Source of the DNA: Candidatus Eiseniibacteriota bacterium
GTDB taxonomy: Bacteria; Eisenbacteria; RBG-16-71-46
NCBI GenBank assembly: GCA_963725865.1
Contig: CAVSAC010000010.1
Coordinates: 96,001 to 160,000 of the forward strand
Reading direction: 5' to 3'
Length of the DNA stretch: 64,000 nucleotides
The notes under the pieces are model-generated. The model saw nothing but the letters and a program-made list of their open reading frames with translations. It was not told the origin of the DNA and did no database searches. Numbering within the stretch: position 1 is the first letter of the stretch; every line of letters begins with the position of its first letter. Below are positions 19,835 through 28,066 of this stretch, in pieces. The translations under genes and the position numbers were made by a program.

Positions 19835-20920
19835 ATGGCGCTCCAGGGCAATCTCCGCGACTTCTCGGCCACCGAGATCCTGCAGTTGCTCGGCTCGCAG
19901 AAGAAGACCGGCTGCCTGCTCATGGAATGGAACACCGAGAAGGCGGTCATCTTCGTGCAGGAGGGTCGCCTCGTCTCGACCCGCCGGCCCGGCCTGCTCA
20001 AGGACGATTCGCTGCTCGTGTTCCTGCGCCGCGTGCACCGGCTCTCCGACGAACAGACGCGCGGCATCCTCACGATCCAGCGCGAGTCCGACCGCGACCT
20101 CGAGGACCTGCTGCTCAACGGCCGTTACCTCGAAGCCGACGAATTGGCGGCCTTCGTCGAGCGTCAGATCCTCGACGATCTCATGCGACTGGTGCGCTGG
20201 GAGAACGGCAACTACCGCTTCGATCCCAACCAGCGCTGGACCCAGGCGCCCCTGGTGCGCCTCAACATCGAGGGCGCCCTCATCGAGGCGGCGCGCCGCG
20301 TCGACGAGCAGAAGCGCTTCGTCACCCTGTTCAAGGACCCACACCAGCTGCTCGGGGTCCGCGACCTGCCCGACCCGAACGAGCCGCTCTCCGAGGAGGA
20401 GCGCGAGTTGTTCGGGATCATCGATGGCCAGCACACGATCCTCGCCATCGTGGAGTCGGCGCCGCTCTCCGAATACGAGGCCTACGAGGCGCTCCAGCGC
20501 ATGCTCGAGGCGAACTGGGTGGAGGTGGTCGGCCGGCGCGATCCCGGGCTGCCGTTCGACAACCCCCCGCGACCTGCGGCGCACCCCGCCCATCGGCCCC
20601 GGCAACTGGTGCACGAGGCGGTGATCGCGCTGACCCTGATCGGCTGCCTCGCGGCGCTCAATCTCGGCGCCCGCTGGATGTCGGGGCCCCGCGGGGAGCG
20701 GCCCGAGCGCGACGTGTTCGTGGCGGCCCAGGTCCGCGATCTCCGCTTCGCGCTCGAGCTCTACCACCGCGAGCGCGGCAGCTACCCGGCCCACCTGCAG
20801 GACCTCGTCGAGGATCGCTGGGTGGAGCCGCGCCAGACGCACGTCGAGGGTTATCGCGTCAGCTACCACGTGGAGCGCGACGGCGCCGACTACCGGCTCG
20901 CGGTCGATCCCGACCGCTGA
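19835..20920 (+). CDS. DUF4388 (PatA-N-like) domain protein with C-terminal TM and GspG-like segment
   Basis: MALQGNLRDFSATEILQLLGSQKKTGCL...WENGNYRF; TM; ALELYHRERGSYPAHLQDLV. Confidence 0.8.
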   Translation: MALQGNLRDFSATEILQLLGSQKKTGCLLMEWNTEKAVIFVQEGRLVSTRRPGLLKDDSLLVFLRRVHRLSDEQTRGILTIQRESDRDLEDLLLNGRYLEADELAAFVERQILDDLMRLVRWENGNYRFDPNQRWTQAPLVRLNIEGALIEAARRVDEQKRFVTLFKDPHQLLGVRDLPDPNEPLSEEERELFGIIDGQHTILAIVESAPLSEYEAYEALQRMLEANWVEVVGRRDPGLPFDNPPRPAAHPAHRPRQLVHEAVIALTLIGCLAALNLGARWMSGPRGERPERDVFVAAQVRDLRFALELYHRERGSYPAHLQDLVEDRWVEPRQTHVEGYRVSYHVERDGADYRLAVDPDR

Positions 20921-20937
20921 TCCCACCCGTCGTCCGC

Positions 20938-20965
20938 GCGACCCGGGGCCGCCGCTCCGGGTCGC
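20938..20965. terminator. GC-rich hairpin between convergent genes
   Basis: GCGACCCGGGGC-cgcc-GCTCCGGGTCGC, 12-bp stem; no U tract. Confidence 0.5.
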
Positions 20966-20971
20966 CGCGTC

Positions 20972-22072
20972 TCAGGTGTCCACCTCGGTGTGCGCCAGGA
21001 TCCAGTCCACCGCCGACCCCAGGTCGGCGCACACGTGGGCCGGCGCCGGCCACGCCGACGCCACCTCGCGGGCGGCGTCCTCGCGGCCCCCATAGCCGGT
21101 CCCGACCAGCACGCCGCGGCCCCCGGCGCGACGCCCGGTCTCCGCGTCGAGACGCTTGTCACCGACCATGAACGAATGGCTCAGCGACAGCTGCAGGTCC
21201 TCCGCCGCGCGCTCGAGCAGCGCGGTGCCGGGCTTGCGGCAGCTGCACCCGTCCTCCGGCCGGTGCGGACAGAACCAGATCGCGTCGGGCTCCGCGCCTG
21301 CGGCGCGCAGCAGCTCCCGCAGGCGGGCCATCACCGCGTGCACGCGCGCGAGCGGGAACCACCCGCGCCCGACGCCGGACTGGTTCGAGACCACCACGAC
21401 GGCGAGCCCCGCCGTCTGCAGGCGCCGCAACGCGGCCGGCACGCCCGGCAGCAACTCGATGTCGTCGGGATCCGAGAGATAGCCGCGCTCCACGATCAGC
21501 GTGCCGTCGCGATCGACGAACACCCCCGCGCGCGGGGCGCGGGTACGGCGCCGCGCCAGCGCGCGCTCGACGGCGCGCTCCAGCACCTCGACGTCCGGGT
21601 GCGTGACGTCGAGACTCGGCGGCGGGGAGGCCTCCGACCACAGCCCGATGCGCTCGTGCGCCACCCCGCGAGCGTCTTCCCGCAGCGCGGCCGCATCCTC
21701 CTCGGGCACCAGCGCCGAGGCGTGCGCGGCGTCCCATGCCCACCGCGCACCCAGGCCCCAGCGCACCAGCTGCGCCGCCCGCAGATCCAGCACCAGGCAG
21801 GCTGCGTGCACCAGCGTGGCCGCGATCGCGGGCACGAACGGATCGGTCCCGCCCGCCAGCGCGACGTCCGCGCGCCAGCGCCCGAGCACCAGGCCCGCCG
21901 GGACGACGCTCAGCGTCGGCGGGACCAGCCCGGCGCACAGGCGCGCCACGTCGTCGCGCGCGGCCGGGCTGCCGGACCACAGCACCTCGTGTCCGCGCGC
22001 CGCGAGCCCAACGGCGGCGAACGCCATGCGCGAGTCGAGCGCCAACGACGCTCCGTGCACCAGCACCCTCAT
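20972..22072 (-). CDS. gmhB: Heptose-1,7-bisphosphate phosphatase (GmhB-like HAD IIIA) with ~180-aa N-terminal extra domain
   Basis: VFVDRDGTL, SNQSGVGRG, CPH...CSCRKPG, VGDK motifs; ATG overlaps waaF stop. Confidence 0.85.
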   Translation of the reverse strand: MRVLVHGASLALDSRMAFAAVGLAARGHEVLWSGSPAARDDVARLCAGLVPPTLSVVPAGLVLGRWRADVALAGGTDPFVPAIAATLVHAACLVLDLRAAQLVRWGLGARWAWDAAHASALVPEEDAAALREDARGVAHERIGLWSEASPPPSLDVTHPDVEVLERAVERALARRRTRAPRAGVFVDRDGTLIVERGYLSDPDDIELLPGVPAALRRLQTAGLAVVVVSNQSGVGRGWFPLARVHAVMARLRELLRAAGAEPDAIWFCPHRPEDGCSCRKPGTALLERAAEDLQLSLSHSFMVGDKRLDAETGRRAGGRGVLVGTGYGGREDAAREVASAWPAPAHVCADLGSAVDWILAHTEVDT

Positions 22073-23073
22073 GCGGCGCTCCCCGCGGCGCCCAGTTCCG
22101 CCATCGCCACCAGCACGTCCCGGACCTCCACCGCCGCGAGGCAGCGGTACCCGATGCGACACGTGCGCTGGAAGCACGGCGCGCAGACCGGCGGCCGCTG
22201 CACGATCCGTACTCGCGGTCCCAGCGGCGCGGTCCACGCGCTCGACGTGGACCCGAACACCGCCACGGTCGGCGCCCCGCTCGCCGCCGCGAGGTGCGCG
22301 AGCCCGGAGTCATTGCTCACGACCACCACCGCCAACGCCGCCAGCGCCGCCAGCGTGGGCAGGTCGGTCGCGCCCGCGAGCGAGGCCGCCGCCGGCCCGA
22401 TCGCCCCCGCCACCGACTCGCAGCACGCCCGCTCCGCGGCGGTGCCGCACACGAGCACCGCGAGCCCGCGCTCGGCCAGCGTGCGCCCGAGCGCCGTGAA
22501 GCGCTCGGCGCTCCAGCGCTTCGCCGGACCGTAGAGCGCGCCGGGCCCGAGCAGCGCGTGCGCGGTCCGGGTGGCGGCCGGCGAACGGGCGAGCACCTCA
22601 CGCGCCCGTGCGAGCGCGGGCGGGTCGGGGATCCATTCGGCGATCGCCGCCGTCCGCGCGCCCACGGACTCCCCGAGCGCCAGGTACTCGTCCGCCAGGT
22701 GACGGTCGCCGCGCTCGGCGCGCCGCGGGGTCTCGGTCAGCAGCGGCGTGCGCCCCTCGCCGGGGTAGCCGATCCGCACCCGCGCGCCCGTCCGCCACGC
22801 GAACCACGCGCTCGAGAACGAGGGCGGCAGCACCAGCGCGACGTCGGGTCGTTCCGCTCGCAGGCGCGCCAGCGCGCCGGGCGGGAGCGGCCAGCCGAGC
22901 GGCTGGTCGACCGTGCCGTCGCGCGCGATCAGTTCGAGCAGCGCCGGTGGACCGACGGCGGTGACGGCCACCTGCGGCCGGAGCGCGCGCAGTGCGAACA
23001 ACAGCGGGCGCGCCATCAGCACGTCGCCGAGGTGATTCGGCAGGCGGACCAGGATGCGGGTGGGTGCCGTCAT
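22069..23073 (-). CDS. waaF: LPS heptosyltransferase II (GT9)
   Basis: RLPNHLGDVLMA, PGALYGPAKRW, VSNDSGLAHLAAA, CAPCFQRTC. Confidence 0.88.
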   Translation of the reverse strand: MTAPTRILVRLPNHLGDVLMARPLLFALRALRPQVAVTAVGPPALLELIARDGTVDQPLGWPLPPGALARLRAERPDVALVLPPSFSSAWFAWRTGARVRIGYPGEGRTPLLTETPRRAERGDRHLADEYLALGESVGARTAAIAEWIPDPPALARAREVLARSPAATRTAHALLGPGALYGPAKRWSAERFTALGRTLAERGLAVLVCGTAAERACCESVAGAIGPAAASLAGATDLPTLAALAALAVVVVSNDSGLAHLAAASGAPTVAVFGSTSSAWTAPLGPRVRIVQRPPVCAPCFQRTCRIGYRCLAAVEVRDVLVAMAELGAAGSAA

Positions 23074-23083
23074 CCCATCCCGC

Positions 23084-24526
23084 TCAGTAGGCGCGTGCGA
23101 AGAGCGCCACCCGCGCGCCGCCCGCGCTGCCCGCAAAGCGCGACTGGTCGAGCGGGATGCAGCGCAGCGTCGCGCCGGTGGTCTCCTTGATGGTCGCCTC
23201 GAGATTCGCGTCGTCCTGCCACGGCACCGCGACGAAGCCGCGCTTCTCGGCGAAGTGGGCCTGGACGTCGGCCAGGCTCGCGCAGGGCGTCGTGTTCGCG
23301 TCGCGAAACGCCCTCGCGCCCTCGAACAGGGCGCGCTGGATGTCCTCGAGCAGGGCCGGCACCCGCTCGGCGAGCTGGGCGAGCGGCACGCTCTCCTTGG
23401 CGCGATCGTCGCGCCGCACCGTCATCACCGCGGTGTTCGCGACGTCCTTCGGGCCCACCTCGAGCCGCAGCGGCACCCCACGCATCTCGTGCTCGTTGTA
23501 CTTCCAGCCCGGCGTGTACTGGTCGCGGTCGTCGACGTACAGCCGCACGCGAGGCTTGAGCACCTCGCGCACCTTCGCCACGAACTCCAGCACCGCGGCG
23601 CGATCCTGGTCCTTGCGCCAGATCGGCACCACCACCGCCTGCACCGGCGCCACGTGCGGCGGCAGCCGCAGGCCGGCGTCGTCGCCGTGGGTCATGATGA
23701 CGCCGCCGATCAGGCGGGTGGACACGCCCCACGAGGTCTGCCACACGTGCTGGCGCTTGCCCGCCTGATCCTGGTACGTGATGTCGAAGACCTTCGCGAA
23801 GTGCTGGCCGAGGTCGTGCGAGGTGCCGGCCTGCAGCGCCTTGCCGTCGCGCATCAGGGCCTCGATCGAGTAGGTCATCTCGGCGCCCGCGAAGCGCTCG
23901 GATTCGCTCTTCGGGCCGGCGTACACCGGCATCGCCAGGTCGGTTTCCACGAACTCGCGGTAGACCTCGAGCATGCGCAGCACCTCCTCGAGCGCCTCCG
24001 ACTGGCTGGCGTGCGCGGTGTGCCCCTCCTGCCACAGGAACTCCGAGGTGCGCAGGAACAGGCGCGTGACCTTCTCCCAGCGCATGATGTTGCACCACTG
24101 GTTCAGGAGCACCGGCAGGTCGCGGTACGACTCGATCCAGCGCGAGTACATGTGGCAGATGATCGCCTCGCTGGTCGGCCGGATCGCGTAGCGCTCCTCG
24201 AGTTCCTCGCGGCCGCCGTGGGTCACCCACGCGCACTCCGGTGCGAAGCCCTCGACGTGATCCGCCTCCTTCTGCAGCAGCGATTCCGGGATCAGCAGCG
24301 GGAAGTACGCGTTCTGGTGGCCGGTCGCCTTGATGCGCTCGTCCAGCAGGCGCTGGATGTGCTCCCAGATCGCGAACCCGTACGGCCGGATCACCATCGC
24401 CCCGCGCACCGGCGAGTAGTCCGCGAGCTGCGCCTTGCGCACGACCTCGTTGTACCAGCGCGAGAAATCGTCGGACTGGTCGGTCAGGTCCTCGACGAAG
24501 CGGCTCTGGTCCTGGTCTTCGGTCAC
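23084..24526 (-). CDS. proS: Proline--tRNA ligase, archaeal/eukaryote-like type
   Basis: HVEGFAPE, RPTSE, RWE...FLRTSEFLWQEGHT, LQAGTSH, QTSWGVSTR, C-terminal FARAY. Confidence 0.96.
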   Translation of the reverse strand: MTEDQDQSRFVEDLTDQSDDFSRWYNEVVRKAQLADYSPVRGAMVIRPYGFAIWEHIQRLLDERIKATGHQNAYFPLLIPESLLQKEADHVEGFAPECAWVTHGGREELEERYAIRPTSEAIICHMYSRWIESYRDLPVLLNQWCNIMRWEKVTRLFLRTSEFLWQEGHTAHASQSEALEEVLRMLEVYREFVETDLAMPVYAGPKSESERFAGAEMTYSIEALMRDGKALQAGTSHDLGQHFAKVFDITYQDQAGKRQHVWQTSWGVSTRLIGGVIMTHGDDAGLRLPPHVAPVQAVVVPIWRKDQDRAAVLEFVAKVREVLKPRVRLYVDDRDQYTPGWKYNEHEMRGVPLRLEVGPKDVANTAVMTVRRDDRAKESVPLAQLAERVPALLEDIQRALFEGARAFRDANTTPCASLADVQAHFAEKRGFVAVPWQDDANLEATIKETTGATLRCIPLDQSRFAGSAGGARVALFARAY

Positions 24527-24603
24527 GCGTGGATCTCCATCGGCCGGGCTGCCCGGCGGGAAGGTGGGTGCCCGCGCGGCGCGCGGGGGTTCGGGAGCGG
24601 CGC

Positions 24604-24633
24604 AGTATAGGAGGTGCCCGCGAGCAGGGACAA
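24604..24633 (-). promoter_or_regulatory. sigma70-like promoter for proS
   Basis: TTGTCC-N18-TATACT. Confidence 0.5.
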
Positions 24634-24644
24634 GCCGCGGCCCG

Positions 24645-25685
24645 TCAGATCAGCGCTTGCAGCGCCTCGAGCACCGTGACCGGCTTCAGTTCGTTCATGC
24701 AGCGGAAATGCCCCTGCGGGCACGCCGCCCGCCCGTGGAGCGTGCAGGGCTGGCAGGGCTCGTTGCGGCACAGCACGGCGTGGCCGGCGCCCGCCGGCGC
24801 GAAGCCCAGCACCGGCGAGGTGCTCCCGAACAACGCCACCACGCGGAGCCCGCGCGCGGCGGCGAGGTGCATGAGCCCGCTGTCGTTCGACACCGCCGCG
24901 GCGCAGCCCGACAGCAGCGCTGCCATCCGCGGCAGCGGCTCCGTGCACCAGCGCGCGTCCGGCGCCGCCGCGACCCGCGCGGCGAGCGCCGGGAGCGCCC
25001 GTCGTTCCGCCTCCAGCGACAGGACCACGCGCGGGCGCCCCGTCGCCGCCAGCGCCTCGTCGAGCGCGAGCCAGTGCGCCTCGGGCCAGCGTTTGGTGAA
25101 GTGCCGCGCTCCCGGGCACAGCGCCACCGGCGCGCGCCCCTGGGGCAGGCCGCCGAGCCATTCCGCCGCCCAGCGCTCCGCGCCGGCGTCGGTGTGGACG
25201 CGCGGCTCCCCCGCGACGGCGATCCCGAGCGGGGCGAGTGCGGCGGCGTAGCGCTGGATCGCGCTCGGTACCGCGGGCGGGCGGCTCCAGCGCGCGTGCA
25301 CCCAGCGCGCGCGCCTCACGCGGAACGACGGCGCGCGCAGCACCGGGGCGCGCTGTCGGAACGTGAGGAGCCGCGTGCGGCTGTTGCCGTGGAGGTCCAC
25401 GATCAGGTCGCAGTCCTCGAGTTCGGCGCTCATCGAGACGAGGTCCTCGATCCGCCGCGCGTCGCGCTCGAGCACGCGGACGTGGGCGATCGCCGGGTCG
25501 TAGCGGACCAGGTCGGCGAACTCCTCCTTGATCCAGTAGTGGACGCGAGCGCCCGGGAACGCGGCGTGGAGCGCCGCGACCGCCGGCAGGCTGAGCACGA
25601 CGTCGCCGAGCGAGGAGAGCCGCAACACGGCGATCTCGCGGAAGCCGCCGGCGGGCACCGGGACGGGACGCGGGCGGCGCGCCAT
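24645..25685 (-). CDS. Glycosyltransferase family 9 (heptosyltransferase-like)
   Basis: RLSSLGDVVL, PGARHFTKRWP, VSNDSGLMHLAAA, CQPC...C...C. Confidence 0.88.
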   Translation of the reverse strand: MARRPRPVPVPAGGFREIAVLRLSSLGDVVLSLPAVAALHAAFPGARVHYWIKEEFADLVRYDPAIAHVRVLERDARRIEDLVSMSAELEDCDLIVDLHGNSRTRLLTFRQRAPVLRAPSFRVRRARWVHARWSRPPAVPSAIQRYAAALAPLGIAVAGEPRVHTDAGAERWAAEWLGGLPQGRAPVALCPGARHFTKRWPEAHWLALDEALAATGRPRVVLSLEAERRALPALAARVAAAPDARWCTEPLPRMAALLSGCAAAVSNDSGLMHLAAARGLRVVALFGSTSPVLGFAPAGAGHAVLCRNEPCQPCTLHGRAACPQGHFRCMNELKPVTVLEALQALI

Positions 25686-25686
25686 C

Positions 25687-27534
25687 TCAGCCCGCGAACT
25701 GGAGCTCGTGGAGCCGGCGATACACCCCGTCCTGCGCCAGCAGCTCCTGGTGCGTGCCGGCGGCCACCACGCGCCCGTGGTCGAGCACCACGATGCGGTC
25801 GGCGTGCTGCACGGTCGAGAGCCGGTGCGCGATGACCAGCACGGTGCGGTCGCGCATCAGGCGCTCGAGGGCGTCCTGGACCAGCCGCTCGCTCTCGGTG
25901 TCGAGCGCCGAGGTCGCCTCGTCCAGCAGCAGGATCGCCGGGTTGCGCAGCAGCGCGCGCGCGATCGCGACGCGCTGGCGCTCGCCGCCCGACAGGCGCG
26001 TTCCGCGCTCGCCGATCACGGTGTCGTAGCCGTTCGGAAGCCGCTCGATGAACGCCGCCGCGTTGGCCGTCTGCGCGGCCGCGCGCACCGCCTCGTCGCT
26101 CGCCCCCGGCACGCCGTAGGCGATGTTGGCGCGCACCGTGTCGTGGAACAGCAGCGTCTCCTGGGTGACGATCCCGAGCTGGGCGCGGAGTGAGGAGATC
26201 CTGACGTCGCGCACGTCGACGCCGTCGACGGTGACCCGGCCGGCGTCCGGATCGTAGAAGCGCGCCAGCAGGTCCATCGTGGTGCTCTTCCCGGCGCCGC
26301 TGGAGCCCACCATCGCCACCACCTCGCCGCGCGCGACGCTGAAGCTCACCCCGTGCAGCACGGTGTCGCCGGTGTCGTAGCGGAACGACACGTCCTCGTA
26401 GCACACGCGGTCATGGAAGGCGGGCAGCTCGCGCGCATCCGGGCGGTCGGCGACGGTCGGCGGGGTGTCCAGCAACTCGAACACGCGCCGCGCCGCGGCG
26501 ATGCCCTGCTGGACGTTCGTGTTCACGTCCGCGAGTCCCTTCACCGGCGAGATCGTCGACAGCAGCGCCGTCACGAACAGCACGAACGTGTGCGGCTGCA
26601 GCGAATGGCTGACGAAGATCTCGCGGCCCCCCAGCCACAGCATCGCGACCGCCACGAGCACCATCGTGTACTCGCTGACCGGCTTGGCGGCCGCCGACAT
26701 GCGGCGCAGTCGCACGAACGCGCGGAAGTACCCGGCGTTGGTCTTCGCGAACCGCTCGCGCTCGCGACCCTCGGCGCCGAATGCCTTCACCACGCGCGCG
26801 CCGTACAGCGTCTCCTGCAGCTGGCTCGTGAGGTCCGCCATCCGCTCCTGCGCCTGCCCCGAGCGGCGGCGCATGACGCGCCCCACCACCACCACCGCGA
26901 GCATCGCCGGCGGGAGGATCAGCGCCGACAGCAGCGCCAGCCGCCACGAGGCGTAGAACACCAGCGCCAGGCTGCCGGCGAGCTGCAGGCCATCCTTCAC
27001 GAGGTCGCTCACGCTCGAGGCGAGCAGCGCGCGCAGGTATTCCACGTCGTTGGTCACGCGCGAGACCAGCATGCCGGTGCGCGCGCCGTGGAAGTAGCCG
27101 AGCGAGAGGCGCTGCAGGTGCGCGTACAGCGCGTCGCGGATGTCGCGGATGACCGACTGCTCCACCGACACCATCAGGTAGCCCTGCAGATAGTCGGCGA
27201 GGTTCTTGAGCAGCATGACGAGCACGATGAACAGGCACACCCGCTCGAGCGCCACCAGCGGGCGCACCTCGAGCAGCTCGTGGGCCACGCGCTCGCGCAG
27301 CCCGCCCGGCAGCGCGCGCAGCACGCCGAGATCCTGCGCGGGTGCTCCCGCCGCGGTCACCGCCCGCGAACCGCCCCCCATCGCGCCGCGCTCGAACAGC
27401 ACCTGCATGAACGGCGACACCGCCCCGATCGACAGCGCCGAGGTGATGCCGAACACCAGCATGCAGGCGAACGCCAGCGCCACCCGCGCGCGGTACGGCG
27501 CCAGGTAGCCGAGCAGCCGCAGGTAGGTCTTCAT
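25687..27534 (-). CDS. msbA: Lipid A export ABC transporter MsbA-like
   Basis: TMD-NBD fusion; GSSGAGKST, LSGGERQR, LLLDEATSALD, IAHRLST; lipid A cluster context. Confidence 0.85.
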   Translation of the reverse strand: MKTYLRLLGYLAPYRARVALAFACMLVFGITSALSIGAVSPFMQVLFERGAMGGGSRAVTAAGAPAQDLGVLRALPGGLRERVAHELLEVRPLVALERVCLFIVLVMLLKNLADYLQGYLMVSVEQSVIRDIRDALYAHLQRLSLGYFHGARTGMLVSRVTNDVEYLRALLASSVSDLVKDGLQLAGSLALVFYASWRLALLSALILPPAMLAVVVVGRVMRRRSGQAQERMADLTSQLQETLYGARVVKAFGAEGRERERFAKTNAGYFRAFVRLRRMSAAAKPVSEYTMVLVAVAMLWLGGREIFVSHSLQPHTFVLFVTALLSTISPVKGLADVNTNVQQGIAAARRVFELLDTPPTVADRPDARELPAFHDRVCYEDVSFRYDTGDTVLHGVSFSVARGEVVAMVGSSGAGKSTTMDLLARFYDPDAGRVTVDGVDVRDVRISSLRAQLGIVTQETLLFHDTVRANIAYGVPGASDEAVRAAAQTANAAAFIERLPNGYDTVIGERGTRLSGGERQRVAIARALLRNPAILLLDEATSALDTESERLVQDALERLMRDRTVLVIAHRLSTVQHADRIVVLDHGRVVAAGTHQELLAQDGVYRRLHELQFAG

Positions 27535-27582
27535 GGGCGGGCGGCCGAGTCGCGACGCCGGGCGGTCACGTGGAACCCCACG

Positions 27583-28011
27583 TCATGCGCCCGGCGTTCC
27601 GCCGGCTGGCCGGCGGGCCCCCGGCGCGAGCGGGCCCTCGAGCGCCGCGATCAGCCCCGGCAGCCCCTCGAAGTCCGACATCGTGTCCTCCGGTCGCGCG
27701 CTGAGCTGTCCGGCCGCGACCAGGTCGAACACGATCCGGCCCACGTCCTCGCCGCCGGTCACGCGCCATTCGCGGAACACCGTGCCCGCGAGCGCGCCGA
27801 ACTCCTGCCGCGCCAGTGCCACCACCGCCGCCAGCAGCTCCGCGCCCGACAGGTGGCGGCGCTCCGGGTCCTCGCGCCGCTCCTCGGGCAGGCCCGCCAC
27901 CGCCGCCCCCAGCGCCTGCACCACGAACACGTACGCTTCGCGCCGATACGGGCTGCCCGCCTCGCACAGGCGTTCGACGGCGTCCAGGAACGAATGATCG
28001 GCGGGACTCAT
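27583..28011 (-). CDS. Minf_1886/TIGR04138-like conserved hypothetical protein
   Basis: YRREAYVFVVQAL...RHLSGAELL...EFGALAGTVFREW...EDVGRIVFDLV...EDTMSDF; GGAGG SD. Confidence 0.75.
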   Translation of the reverse strand: MSPADHSFLDAVERLCEAGSPYRREAYVFVVQALGAAVAGLPEERREDPERRHLSGAELLAAVVALARQEFGALAGTVFREWRVTGGEDVGRIVFDLVAAGQLSARPEDTMSDFEGLPGLIAALEGPLAPGARRPAGGTPGA

Positions 28012-28036
28012 GCGCGTGGTGTCCTCCGGGCCACCG

Positions 28037-28066
28037 ACTATAGGGTGCTGCGCGCGCGGCCGGCAA
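28037..28066 (-). promoter_or_regulatory. sigma70-like promoter at the 3' end of nadB
   Basis: TTGCCG-N18-TATAGT. Confidence 0.5.
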
